From positions 1-60,451 of the IMG/VR virus record IMGVR_UViG_3300043449_000416: a stretch of 60,451 nt of DNA. The stretch is one strand, 5' to 3'. The DNA comes from a virus. Positions 44,697 to 52,895 of this stretch are shown one piece after another; the stretch's first letter is position 1; each line of letters begins with the position of its first letter. The notes beneath the pieces were generated by a model. That model had not been told where the DNA came from, did not search any database, and saw only the letters and a program-made list of their open reading frames with translations. A program made the translations under genes and the position numbers.

Positions 44697-45358
44697 GCAG
44701 CGCGGGTGCATGGTCTTTTAGTCGGATGAAGGCGTTTGAGACGTGCCCGAAGCAGTACTATCACGTGAACGTCCTAAAGCAGTTTTCGTTCCAAGAGACC
44801 GAGGCGACCAGATACGGCACCGAATTCCACAAGGCCTGTGAAGAGTACATCCGTGACGGTAAGCCAATGTCGCCGCAGTTCTCATTCATGCAGCCCGCTA
44901 TGGAAAAGCTTGCGGCCATGCCGGGGGAGAAGCACTGCGAACTCAAGATGGGGCTCACAGCTGATCTCGAGGCGTGCGGGTTCTTCGATAAGGGTGTGTG
45001 GTTCCGCGGCATCGTGGACCTGCTGATTATAGACGGAGACGGGGCCCGTGTCGTAGACTACAAGACGGGCAAGAGCGCGAAGTATGCCGACGTCGGACAG
45101 CTGCAGTTGATGGCACTGTCGGTGTTCAAACACTTCCCGCAGGTCAAGAAGGTGAAGGGCGCGTTGCTCTTCACCATCGCCAACGACATCGTGAAGCAGG
45201 ACTACTCGGTGACTGACGAGGGCGTGCTGTGGAAGCCGTGGGTGATGAAATACGCCGCCTTGGAGAAGGCCCACGAGACAAACGTGTGGAATCCTCGACC
45301 TTCTGGGCTATGCCGAAAGTACTGCCCTGTGGTAGAATGTGCCCATAACGGGGGTTGA
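44693..45358 (+). CDS. PD-(D/E)XK nuclease (Cas4/RecB-like exonuclease)
   Basis: GIVDLLIIDGDGARVVDYKTGK (D...DYK), QLQLMAL, N-terminal Cys and C-terminal CRKYCPVVEC Cys cluster as in Cas4-like nucleases. Confidence 0.7.
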   Translation: MSSAGAWSFSRMKAFETCPKQYYHVNVLKQFSFQETEATRYGTEFHKACEEYIRDGKPMSPQFSFMQPAMEKLAAMPGEKHCELKMGLTADLEACGFFDKGVWFRGIVDLLIIDGDGARVVDYKTGKSAKYADVGQLQLMALSVFKHFPQVKKVKGALLFTIANDIVKQDYSVTDEGVLWKPWVMKYAALEKAHETNVWNPRPSGLCRKYCPVVECAHNGG

Positions 45359-45621
45359 TTGCCATGCCATACACGAAGTCGCCGCGTCCTTATAAGGCCG
45401 AATACCAGAAACAAATAGAACGTGGTGAGCACCCGGACCGCATGGAGCGGCAGCGTGCTCGGCGTGCCTTGGACAAGAAGGGCGTTGACCGCACAGGCAA
45501 GGACGTGAGCCACAAGAAAGCGTTGGCCAAGGGGGGCAGCAACGCTGACGGCTATAAGCTAGAGAGCCCCTCGAAGAACCGTAGCCGGAACGGCCATAAA
45601 CCCGGTGAGAAAAAAGGTTAG
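45355..45621 (+). CDS. Small basic hypothetical protein (88 aa)
   Basis: Arg/Lys-rich ORF ATGA-coupled to the upstream gene. Confidence 0.4.
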   Translation: MIAMPYTKSPRPYKAEYQKQIERGEHPDRMERQRARRALDKKGVDRTGKDVSHKKALAKGGSNADGYKLESPSKNRSRNGHKPGEKKG

Positions 45622-45634
45622 GGAAAACCCTAAC
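45617..45634. repeat. GTTAG-N-CTAAC hairpin family member (perfect palindrome)
   Basis: gttagggaaaaccctaac, immediately upstream of the helicase start. Confidence 0.6.
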
Positions 45635-45649
45635 GTCTCGGAGAACGAT

Positions 45650-48064
45650 ATGCAGATCATTGATAATAAGGCGTTGCTTCTCAAGCTACGCAATCCAAAA
45701 CAAGTCACTACGATCATCCCTAAGAGTCGCGCTATCAGCGAGCACGAGGTCATTGTAAACTGGGGCGTACAGGAAACGCACACTCTACGTGGGCTGAACA
45801 TCAAGGTGCCGTCACCCATCGAAGGTCGCTATAACTGGACGGGCAAGTTCGCCCCAATGGCGCACCAGCGCACGACAGCATCTTTCCTGACCATGTACCA
45901 GAGAGCGTTTTGCTTCAACGAAGCCGGGACTGGTAAGACGGCTAGTGCGATCTGGGCTGCAGACTTCCTCATGAAGCAGGGTATCATCAAGCGTGCCTTG
46001 GTCATATGTCCGCTCTCGATCATGGACAGCGCGTGGCGCGCGGACTTGTTTACGTTTGCCATGCACCGGACTGTAGACATCGCCCATGGTACCGCAGACA
46101 AACGTAAGAAAATCATCGCTCGGAAACCTGATTTCCTCATCATCAACTACGACGGTGTTGAGATTGTCAAAGAAGACATCGCGGCGGCGGGCTACGACCT
46201 CATTATCGTTGACGAATGCTTTGTTGCTGGCACCCCCGTGCACACCCCGAACGGTATAACGGCGATTGAGAAGCTCAAAGTAGGAGATGCGGTGTTTACA
46301 AGTGATGGGGTACGTAATATAAAAACGGTATCCAAGCGAAAACCAAACAGTCTTGTGGAGGTAAAATTTGATACCGGGGAAATACTTACATGCACACCAG
46401 AGCATCCTTTCTTCACTGACTGGGGTTGGGTGCCCGCCAGAGCTCTTGGGGGTAGACGCATCGTGTCTTTATCTGCGCTGTCCGATCTGCGGAAACCACT
46501 ACAAAGTGGCCCAGAGCAAATGGCGCTTTCACCGGAAGACAAAAACACACACTGGGATGACCTGTGCTCGATCCTGCGGTCGGAAGAGGTGGCATCTCCT
46601 GCACCCGGGTCAGTCAGCGCTAAAGTTTCTGACTGTGGAGCAGAGGGCGAAGGGGGTTCGGTCTGGGTTTCACCGTACACCAGAGCAGCGCGAGCACTTA
46701 TCGAAGGTGGCGATATCGAAAGGGATTCGTCCGATGGTTCGTGGCGGCAACGGTACGGGCATGACTGGGGCGGAGACGTTGCTAGCGGCGCAGCTTCCGG
46801 CTGGTTGGCGATGGAACTTCCAAATAGCGTTGGGCAAGAGGCTTCCCGGCTATCCTACGAATTACAAACTCGACTTCGCGTGGCCGGAGAAGAAACTTGG
46901 GTTGGAAGTGGATGGAGGCAGCCATCGCACGACGAAGGCTCAGGAGAGGGACAGGAAGAAAACGGAAAAGCTTTCGGAATTAGGGTGGGAAGTGTTACGT
47001 ATAGAGAACCGGGATGCGACGAATACGTCTACAACCTCGAAGTTGATGGAACTCCTAACTACTTTGTTGGGGGACAACGAGCACTAGTACACAACTGCAG
47101 CCACTACAAGAATGCTCAGAGCAAGCGCTGGAAGGTGCTGAACTCGCTGGTTAAGCCCGAGACGTGGCTCTGGATGATGACGGGTACCCCGGCGGCACAA
47201 GGGCCCGAGGATGCTTTCGGCTTAGCGAAGCTGGTAAACCCGACGGGTGTGCCTAAGTTCTTCAACGCTTGGAAGGACATGGTGATGTACAAGGTATCTC
47301 AGTACCGCTGGAAACCCAAGGAACACTCTGAGCATACCGTGCATCGGGCCCTGCAGCCCGCAATTCGCTACACCAAGGAAGAATGCTTAGACCTACCAGA
47401 TATGCTCTACGTTAAACGAGACGTGGCGCTGACCAAGCAGCAGGAGCTCTACTACAATCGCCTCAAGAAGCAGATGGTCATGGAAGTGGCTGGGGCGCAG
47501 ATCACGGCGGTAAACGCTGCGGTGATGATGGGCAAACTCCTGCAAATCTCGGCGGGCGCAAGCTACACCGAATCCGGCGACACAGTGCAGTTCGATATCA
47601 ACAATCGCTACAGCGTCCTCAAAGAGGTCATCGCTGAGAGCACTCACAAGGTGCTGGTCTTTGTGCCTTTCAAACACGTGATAGAGATGTTGACCGCGCA
47701 GCTGACCAAGGATGGCATTACAAACGCTGTCATCAGCGGCGACGTAAAGGCTGGGGACCGAACTGACATCTTTAGGCAGTTCCAAAACCAACCTGACCCT
47801 AGAGTGCTGGTCATCCAACCGCAGGCTGCCGCACATGGCGTGACGCTCACTGCGGCGAATACAGTTGTCTGGTGGGCACCGACGTCATCGCTCGAAACCT
47901 ACGCACAGGCTAACGCCCGGGTGCACCGCAAAGGGCAATCCAACAAGTGCACCGTAGTTCAGCTGCAGGGGTCGGGCGTAGAGCGCAGGGTCTACAAGAT
48001 GCTCGACGAGAAGATTGACGTGCATACTAAGGTTGTCGATCTTTATAAAGAATTGCTTGACTAG
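45650..48064 (+). CDS. SNF2-family (DExH) helicase interrupted by an intein in motif II
   Basis: Motif I NEAGTGKT, motif II LIIVDE|C...HN|CSH (intein inserted), motif III MMTGTP, motif VI QANARVHRKGQ; start refined to the ATG at 45650. Confidence 0.8.
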   Translation: MQIIDNKALLLKLRNPKQVTTIIPKSRAISEHEVIVNWGVQETHTLRGLNIKVPSPIEGRYNWTGKFAPMAHQRTTASFLTMYQRAFCFNEAGTGKTASAIWAADFLMKQGIIKRALVICPLSIMDSAWRADLFTFAMHRTVDIAHGTADKRKKIIARKPDFLIINYDGVEIVKEDIAAAGYDLIIVDECFVAGTPVHTPNGITAIEKLKVGDAVFTSDGVRNIKTVSKRKPNSLVEVKFDTGEILTCTPEHPFFTDWGWVPARALGGRRIVSLSALSDLRKPLQSGPEQMALSPEDKNTHWDDLCSILRSEEVASPAPGSVSAKVSDCGAEGEGGSVWVSPYTRAARALIEGGDIERDSSDGSWRQRYGHDWGGDVASGAASGWLAMELPNSVGQEASRLSYELQTRLRVAGEETWVGSGWRQPSHDEGSGEGQEENGKAFGIRVGSVTYREPGCDEYVYNLEVDGTPNYFVGGQRALVHNCSHYKNAQSKRWKVLNSLVKPETWLWMMTGTPAAQGPEDAFGLAKLVNPTGVPKFFNAWKDMVMYKVSQYRWKPKEHSEHTVHRALQPAIRYTKEECLDLPDMLYVKRDVALTKQQELYYNRLKKQMVMEVAGAQITAVNAAVMMGKLLQISAGASYTESGDTVQFDINNRYSVLKEVIAESTHKVLVFVPFKHVIEMLTAQLTKDGITNAVISGDVKAGDRTDIFRQFQNQPDPRVLVIQPQAAAHGVTLTAANTVVWWAPTSSLETYAQANARVHRKGQSNKCTVVQLQGSGVERRVYKMLDEKIDVHTKVVDLYKELLD
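46217..47095 (+). other. Intein within the SNF2 helicase gene (aa 205-497 of the track ORF)
   Basis: N-terminal CFVAGTPVHTPNG...TCTPEHPFFT (blocks A/B); C-terminal EYVYNLEVDGTPNYFVGGQRALVHN followed by Cys. Confidence 0.75.
46368..47087 (+). CDS. Vsr-like (DUF559-type PD-(D/E)XK) endonuclease ORF nested in the helicase intein, in a different frame
   Basis: C-terminal YKLDFAWPEKKLGLEVDGGSH...ERDRKKTEKLSELGWEVLRI matches the Vsr/DUF559 nuclease signature; upstream CPICG zinc motif and a NUMOD-like segment (GFHRTPEQREHLSKVAISKGI). Confidence 0.6.
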   Translation: MIPGKYLHAHQSILSSLTGVGCPPELLGVDASCLYLRCPICGNHYKVAQSKWRFHRKTKTHTGMTCARSCGRKRWHLLHPGQSALKFLTVEQRAKGVRSGFHRTPEQREHLSKVAISKGIRPMVRGGNGTGMTGAETLLAAQLPAGWRWNFQIALGKRLPGYPTNYKLDFAWPEKKLGLEVDGGSHRTTKAQERDRKKTEKLSELGWEVLRIENRDATNTSTTSKLMELLTTLLGDNEH

Positions 48065-48114
48065 TGTAACAGATACCATTAGATATCAATTTCTGATAGT
48101 GAAGGAGAACCACT

Positions 48115-48528
48115 ATGACTGATGATACCGTGGGCGAAACCGCCCTAACTCCCGACACGATGACCAAAATCTACATCAAAATCCGCGACAAGCGGGCCGA
48201 ACTCAAAGCAGAGTTTGAGCAACAAGACGAGATTCTGGAGATGCAGATCAACGCTATCAAGTCGGAACTGCTCGACTACTGCAAGACGCAGGGTATCGAA
48301 AGCGTTCGCACCCCATCGGGAGTGTTTTACCGGACGATGAAAACGCGCTATTGGACCAACGACTGGGACTCGATGAACAGGTTCATCTTGGAAAATGAGG
48401 TCCCGCAGTTCTACGAGAAGCGTCTCAATCAGACTGTCGTAAAGCAATTCCTTGAAGAAAACCCTGACGTGCTACCGCCCGGCCTAAACGCCGATAGCGA
48501 GTACGTCATCACCGTGAGGAAGAAGTAA
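48115..48528 (+). CDS. Hypothetical protein (137 aa)
   Basis: ORF with RBS gaaggagaaccactATG. Confidence 0.5.
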   Translation: MTDDTVGETALTPDTMTKIYIKIRDKRAELKAEFEQQDEILEMQINAIKSELLDYCKTQGIESVRTPSGVFYRTMKTRYWTNDWDSMNRFILENEVPQFYEKRLNQTVVKQFLEENPDVLPPGLNADSEYVITVRKK

Positions 48529-48755
48529 TGACCGAAACCCCATTCGCCACCATCGAGGAAGTAGCAAAGTACTTCGTCGTCTCGGTTGCGACCGTGCGTA
48601 CATGGCTGCGTAACGGCACCATCCCGAAGCATACCTACCTCAAGGTAGGCAACACCTATAGGTTCAACCTGCCCGACGTGGCGACGGCCCTCGTAAGCGC
48701 ACCGAAGGCTCCGGTGCAGTTAGAAATGAACTTCGATAACGACAACGATAACTAA
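48528..48755 (+). CDS. Small HTH DNA-binding protein (75 aa)
   Basis: ATIEEVAKYFVVSVATVRTWLRNGTIP is a typical excisionase/MerR-type HTH. Confidence 0.5.
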   Translation: MTETPFATIEEVAKYFVVSVATVRTWLRNGTIPKHTYLKVGNTYRFNLPDVATALVSAPKAPVQLEMNFDNDNDN

Positions 48756-48765
48756 GGAGAACGAC

Positions 48766-49671
48766 ATGAGTGAAATGACCCTTTTCGGCGCGGGCAACCC
48801 GCTGGTTAACAGCGACCTATTCAAATCGCTGCGTGACATGAACAAGACCCTCGCTGGCGGTGGCGCTGGTGGCGGTAAGCGTATCTCGATCAAAGGTAAT
48901 AAATTCCGCCTCTTTATCGATGGTGAGCAGGTCTCCGTGTCCAAGGAAGACTATCTGAACGTCGTGGTAGTTAACGCCGCTGCGATCTCGCGTACCTACT
49001 ATGAGGGCACCTACGATTCAAACAACGCTTCGGCCCCAACCTGCTGGTCCACCGATACCCGAACCCCTGCGGCAGAAGTCCCTGCGGATCAAAAGAAAGC
49101 CTCACGCTGCGCCGACTGCCCAATGAACGTCAAGGGCTCGGGACAGGGCGACAGCCGTGCCTGCCGCTACAATCAGCGTCTGGCCATCACGCTCGAGGGT
49201 AAGCCGGATGAGGTCTACCAGTTGCAGCTGCCCGCCACCTCACTGTTCGGTGATGGCAAGAACGGTAAGATGCCCATGCAGGCATATGCCAAATTCCTTG
49301 ACGCACACAACACGCCGATCATCGCAGTCATGACCAAGATGTCGCTGGACGAAAACTCGGAGACCCCGAGGCTATTCTTTAGCCCTGTGCGTCCGCTGAC
49401 CGAGGAAGAACTACATGCGGCTGTTGCAGTTAAGGACGGCGAGGATGCTATCAAAGCTATCACGTTGACTGTCGCACAGACTGATGGTGTCAAGAAGAAG
49501 GACTCCGCAGCGGGGACCAAGAGTTACAACCCCGCCAAAGAAAAGATCATCGTTGATGATGAAGATGAGGTGGAAGAACCCAAGAAGGTCGCCGCCAAAA
49601 AGACCGCCACGGTATCTACTGATCCCAAGGCAAACATCTCGGCTCTTGTCGCGCAGTGGGACGACGAGTAA
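48766..49671 (+). CDS. Hypothetical protein with acidic C-terminal tail (possible ssDNA-binding / recombination protein)
   Basis: 301 aa; Cys cluster (CWSTD...CADCP...C) and an acidic C-terminus ending ...AQWDDE, reminiscent of phage SSB tails; lies directly upstream of the primase-helicase. Confidence 0.35.
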   Translation: MSEMTLFGAGNPLVNSDLFKSLRDMNKTLAGGGAGGGKRISIKGNKFRLFIDGEQVSVSKEDYLNVVVVNAAAISRTYYEGTYDSNNASAPTCWSTDTRTPAAEVPADQKKASRCADCPMNVKGSGQGDSRACRYNQRLAITLEGKPDEVYQLQLPATSLFGDGKNGKMPMQAYAKFLDAHNTPIIAVMTKMSLDENSETPRLFFSPVRPLTEEELHAAVAVKDGEDAIKAITLTVAQTDGVKKKDSAAGTKSYNPAKEKIIVDDEDEVEEPKKVAAKKTATVSTDPKANISALVAQWDDE

Positions 49672-49749
49672 TCCTTAACAGGCTCACCGCGACGGGGGAT
49701 AAAAATAACCTCACCTCGTCGCGGCACCCCAACAGGAAGAGTGGCGGCA

Positions 49750-52608
49750 ATGGATACAACGACGTTTTTGCGGTCCGTTCTTGGGACTGCGGGCTCCTAC
49801 TGCGTTCTTGCGCTCAGCGAGGGCAGACGCATCCAGAAGTTCTACGATACCATCGAGCAGCTTGAGCACGCTGCGCTGAACTTCGATGAAAATGGTTTCG
49901 ATGCCTACTACGCCCTTGGTACGTTCGAGGAAGCAGGGTCACGTGAAGCCGATAACGTCAAGCAGATGCGCGCGTTCTTTATGGACCTCGACTGTGGCGT
50001 TAACCTCAAGACGGGCAAGGACAAGGAATTCTCTGACCAGCATACTGCTATCTTGGCGCTCAGGGAGTTCGTTAAGACTACCGGGCTGCCCCGCCCGTTC
50101 TTAGTCAACTCCGGCTACGGTGTGCACGTTTACTGGCCACTGACCGCGCCCGTAGACTTTATGACGTGGCTCCCGGTTGCGGAGAAGCTAAAGGCGCTGG
50201 CCAAGGCCAAAGGCTTTAAGGCCGATGAGGCTGTGACTGCTGACGCCGCTCGGGTGCTACGAGTGCCGGGGACGCATAACCACAAGGGCGACGATCCTAA
50301 ACCCGTCAGCTTTTTCGGCATTGCGGAGCCTACCCCCGTCGAGTTCTTTGACTTTGCTGCACGGCTAGAGACTGTTGCTGGTAGTCTGCCGACTAACCTT
50401 CCTACCAGACGCTACTCACCTGCGGTGACAAACAGTGCAATGATGGACGCGCTGATTGGTAAGCGTGAAGCGTCGTTTAAAGCTATCATGCAGAAGACTA
50501 TGGCGGGTAAGGGCTGCGCCCAGCTGGCCTACTGCATCGAGAACCGCGCTGATTTGGATGAACCTATGTGGCGCGCGGCGCTCTCTATTGCCAAGCACTG
50601 CACCGATATGGCTAAGGCCGTGAAGGCTGTATCGCAGGGTCACGCCGGATACGACGAAGATGAAGCGATGTGGAAGGCAGACCGCATTAAGGGGCCCTAT
50701 CTCTGTACGCGCTTCGAGGAGTACAACCCGGGTGGGTGCCAAGGCTGCCCCAACTGGAACAAGATCAAGTCACCCATCGTCCTTGGTCAGCAGTTCACTG
50801 AGGCTACGCCCGAGGATAACACCATCGTCGTAGCTGACCCGCAAGCGCCCGAGGCACCACCGAGGGTCTATGAAATCCCGGCCTATCCAAGCCCCTACTT
50901 CCGCGGCAAGGACGGCGGGGTGTTTATCCGTATAATTGACGACGAGGGTGAAGTCAGTGAGCGGATTGTCTGGCACCACGATCTATACGTCGTGCGCCGT
51001 TTGTATGACCCAGAGCAGGGTGAAATTATCGAGATGCGGCACCACCTACCCAGAGACGGGGTTAGGTCTTTCGTGGTGCCCCTCTACGTCGTTACGTCGA
51101 AGGAAGAGTTTCGAAAAGTCCTCGCCACCAATGGCGTCATAGCGATCAACAAGGAAGTGGACGCAATTATGAGCTTTACGCAAAGCATGGTTAAAGACCT
51201 GCAGATTACCACGCAGGCAGACAACGCGCACCGCCAGTTCGGCTGGCTGCCCGACTTCAAGGGGTTCGTTCTTGGGGATAAGGTGATCTACGAAGACCGT
51301 GTCGATTTCAACGCACCGTCAGCCGCAACACGCGGGATGATTGAGTTCTTTGAACCCGAAGGCACTCTCGATGGATGGCGCTCTGCGGTTAATTTCTATA
51401 ACCGCCCCGGCTTCGAGCTGCATCAGTTCATCACCTGCGTCGGTTTCGGCTCGGTGCTGATGAAGTTTCTTCCGATCAACGCCGCGCTCCTGCATATCTG
51501 GTCGAAGGACTCCGGTTTCGGTAAGACGCACGCCCAGTATGCGGCGCTATCGATATGGGGTGATCCTCGTAAGCTACTACTCCAAGAGCGCGATACCCAT
51601 AACTCCCGCATGAACCGCGCCGATGTGATGCACAGTCTGCCGGTCTGCATGGACGAGATCACCAACATCAAGCCCCAAGACGCTTCCGACATGATCTATC
51701 AAATCACCGGGGGTCAGCAGCGCAATCGCATGTCTTCAACAGGCAATACAGAGCGTTATCGCGGTGATCCTTGGAACCTACTATTCGTGACGTCGGCAAA
51801 CTGCAGTCTGATCGATAAGGTATCTATGGCCAAGGCAATGCCGAAAGCGGAAGCCCAGAGGGTTCTGGAGATCGAGACGAGTAAGCTCTTTACCGAGAAG
51901 GCTGACAAGCGCCAGACCGATGAGTTCAGTGCCAAGGTCCAGAGCAACTACGGCCACGCGGGCATCCTGTTTGTGCAGTACGTGATGTCCAACCTTGCGG
52001 AGACGAAGCTCCTCGTCGAAACACTGCAACGTAAAATCGATGAGGCCGCAGACCTTGGCCCGGAGAACCGTTTCTGGTCGGCAGCTGTTGCCACCTCTCT
52101 CGCCGCTGCGGTGATCTGCAAGCACCTAGAGCTCTTGGACTATGACATACCCACACTGCGCGACTACATCATCAAGAACATCCTCAAGGCCAACAAGATA
52201 GTCAGCGCTGAGATGTCCCTTGACCCGATGGACCTCGTGACAGCCTACACCTACCAGAACTTGGGCCGTATTCTGCAGATCAAGTCCACTATCGACCGTC
52301 GCAGCAAGGAGAACGGCAACGGCATAGATGATCTAGTTGTGCCGGACCAGCAGCCCAAGACTGCCGACATAATCGGGCGCTACGAGACCGATCTGCACGT
52401 GTTGTACCTTCTGCCGTCCCCGTTCAAGGTCTGGTTGGCCGAGCAGCAGGTCAACTACAACTCAGTTATTGCCGAGCTCAAGGTCAAGTATAATGCCAAG
52501 AAGTCCAAGGTGCGGCTGACGAAAGGCACCAAGATGCAGATGCCCGTGGCCGATACCATCGAGATACCGATTGTTCTGGGCGACGTTAATGGCGAAGAAA
52601 GTAAATGA
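49750..52608 (+). CDS. Primase-polymerase (PrimPol) fused to an SF3 (D5-like) helicase
   Basis: FMDLDCGV and RVPGTHNHKG primase-polymerase motifs in the N-terminus; Walker A SKDSGFGKT and SF3-type downstream motifs in the C-terminus; start taken at the first ATG. Confidence 0.75.
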   Translation: MDTTTFLRSVLGTAGSYCVLALSEGRRIQKFYDTIEQLEHAALNFDENGFDAYYALGTFEEAGSREADNVKQMRAFFMDLDCGVNLKTGKDKEFSDQHTAILALREFVKTTGLPRPFLVNSGYGVHVYWPLTAPVDFMTWLPVAEKLKALAKAKGFKADEAVTADAARVLRVPGTHNHKGDDPKPVSFFGIAEPTPVEFFDFAARLETVAGSLPTNLPTRRYSPAVTNSAMMDALIGKREASFKAIMQKTMAGKGCAQLAYCIENRADLDEPMWRAALSIAKHCTDMAKAVKAVSQGHAGYDEDEAMWKADRIKGPYLCTRFEEYNPGGCQGCPNWNKIKSPIVLGQQFTEATPEDNTIVVADPQAPEAPPRVYEIPAYPSPYFRGKDGGVFIRIIDDEGEVSERIVWHHDLYVVRRLYDPEQGEIIEMRHHLPRDGVRSFVVPLYVVTSKEEFRKVLATNGVIAINKEVDAIMSFTQSMVKDLQITTQADNAHRQFGWLPDFKGFVLGDKVIYEDRVDFNAPSAATRGMIEFFEPEGTLDGWRSAVNFYNRPGFELHQFITCVGFGSVLMKFLPINAALLHIWSKDSGFGKTHAQYAALSIWGDPRKLLLQERDTHNSRMNRADVMHSLPVCMDEITNIKPQDASDMIYQITGGQQRNRMSSTGNTERYRGDPWNLLFVTSANCSLIDKVSMAKAMPKAEAQRVLEIETSKLFTEKADKRQTDEFSAKVQSNYGHAGILFVQYVMSNLAETKLLVETLQRKIDEAADLGPENRFWSAAVATSLAAAVICKHLELLDYDIPTLRDYIIKNILKANKIVSAEMSLDPMDLVTAYTYQNLGRILQIKSTIDRRSKENGNGIDDLVVPDQQPKTADIIGRYETDLHVLYLLPSPFKVWLAEQQVNYNSVIAELKVKYNAKKSKVRLTKGTKMQMPVADTIEIPIVLGDVNGEESK

Positions 52609-52807
52609 GTTAGACCCCGACGGTGTACGTATCATCGTGCCGTGGCAAGAACTGCATGTGGGGGGCTCCTTCTTTGTCCCCTGCATCAACATCGAGACCT
52701 GTGAGAAGCAGGTTCAAAGTGTGGCAGAAAGGTTAGGGATCAGCCTAACATGCAGGCAGCGGATTGAAGCCCAGCGCTTGGGGTTGCGGATATGGAGAAC
52801 CACATGA
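52589..52807 (+). CDS. Hypothetical protein (about 72 aa), last gene of the plus-strand arm
   Basis: ORF overlapping the primase 3' end; contains hairpin copy 52732-52749. Confidence 0.4.
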   Translation: MAKKVNELDPDGVRIIVPWQELHVGGSFFVPCINIETCEKQVQSVAERLGISLTCRQRIEAQRLGLRIWRTT

Positions 52808-52867
52808 TATTGTGTGCCTGACAGAACAGCTCGCCGCCCGCTTGCCTACTGTCGGTTCTCCCAACTG

Positions 52868-52895
52868 GCCCCGGCTTCGTGCCGGGGCTTTTTTC
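52868..52895. terminator. Intrinsic terminator between the convergent arms
   Basis: GGCCCCGGC-TTCG-TGCCGGGGC stem-loop followed by TTTTTTC on the plus strand; located between the plus-strand stop (52807) and the minus-strand stop (52896). Confidence 0.6.

Noticed and set aside
45355-45621. Degenerate HNH-like motif in the 88-aa basic ORF (DVSHKKALAKGGSN...N)
   Set aside because: Too short and lacking the Cys/His ligand pattern to call; left as hypothetical.
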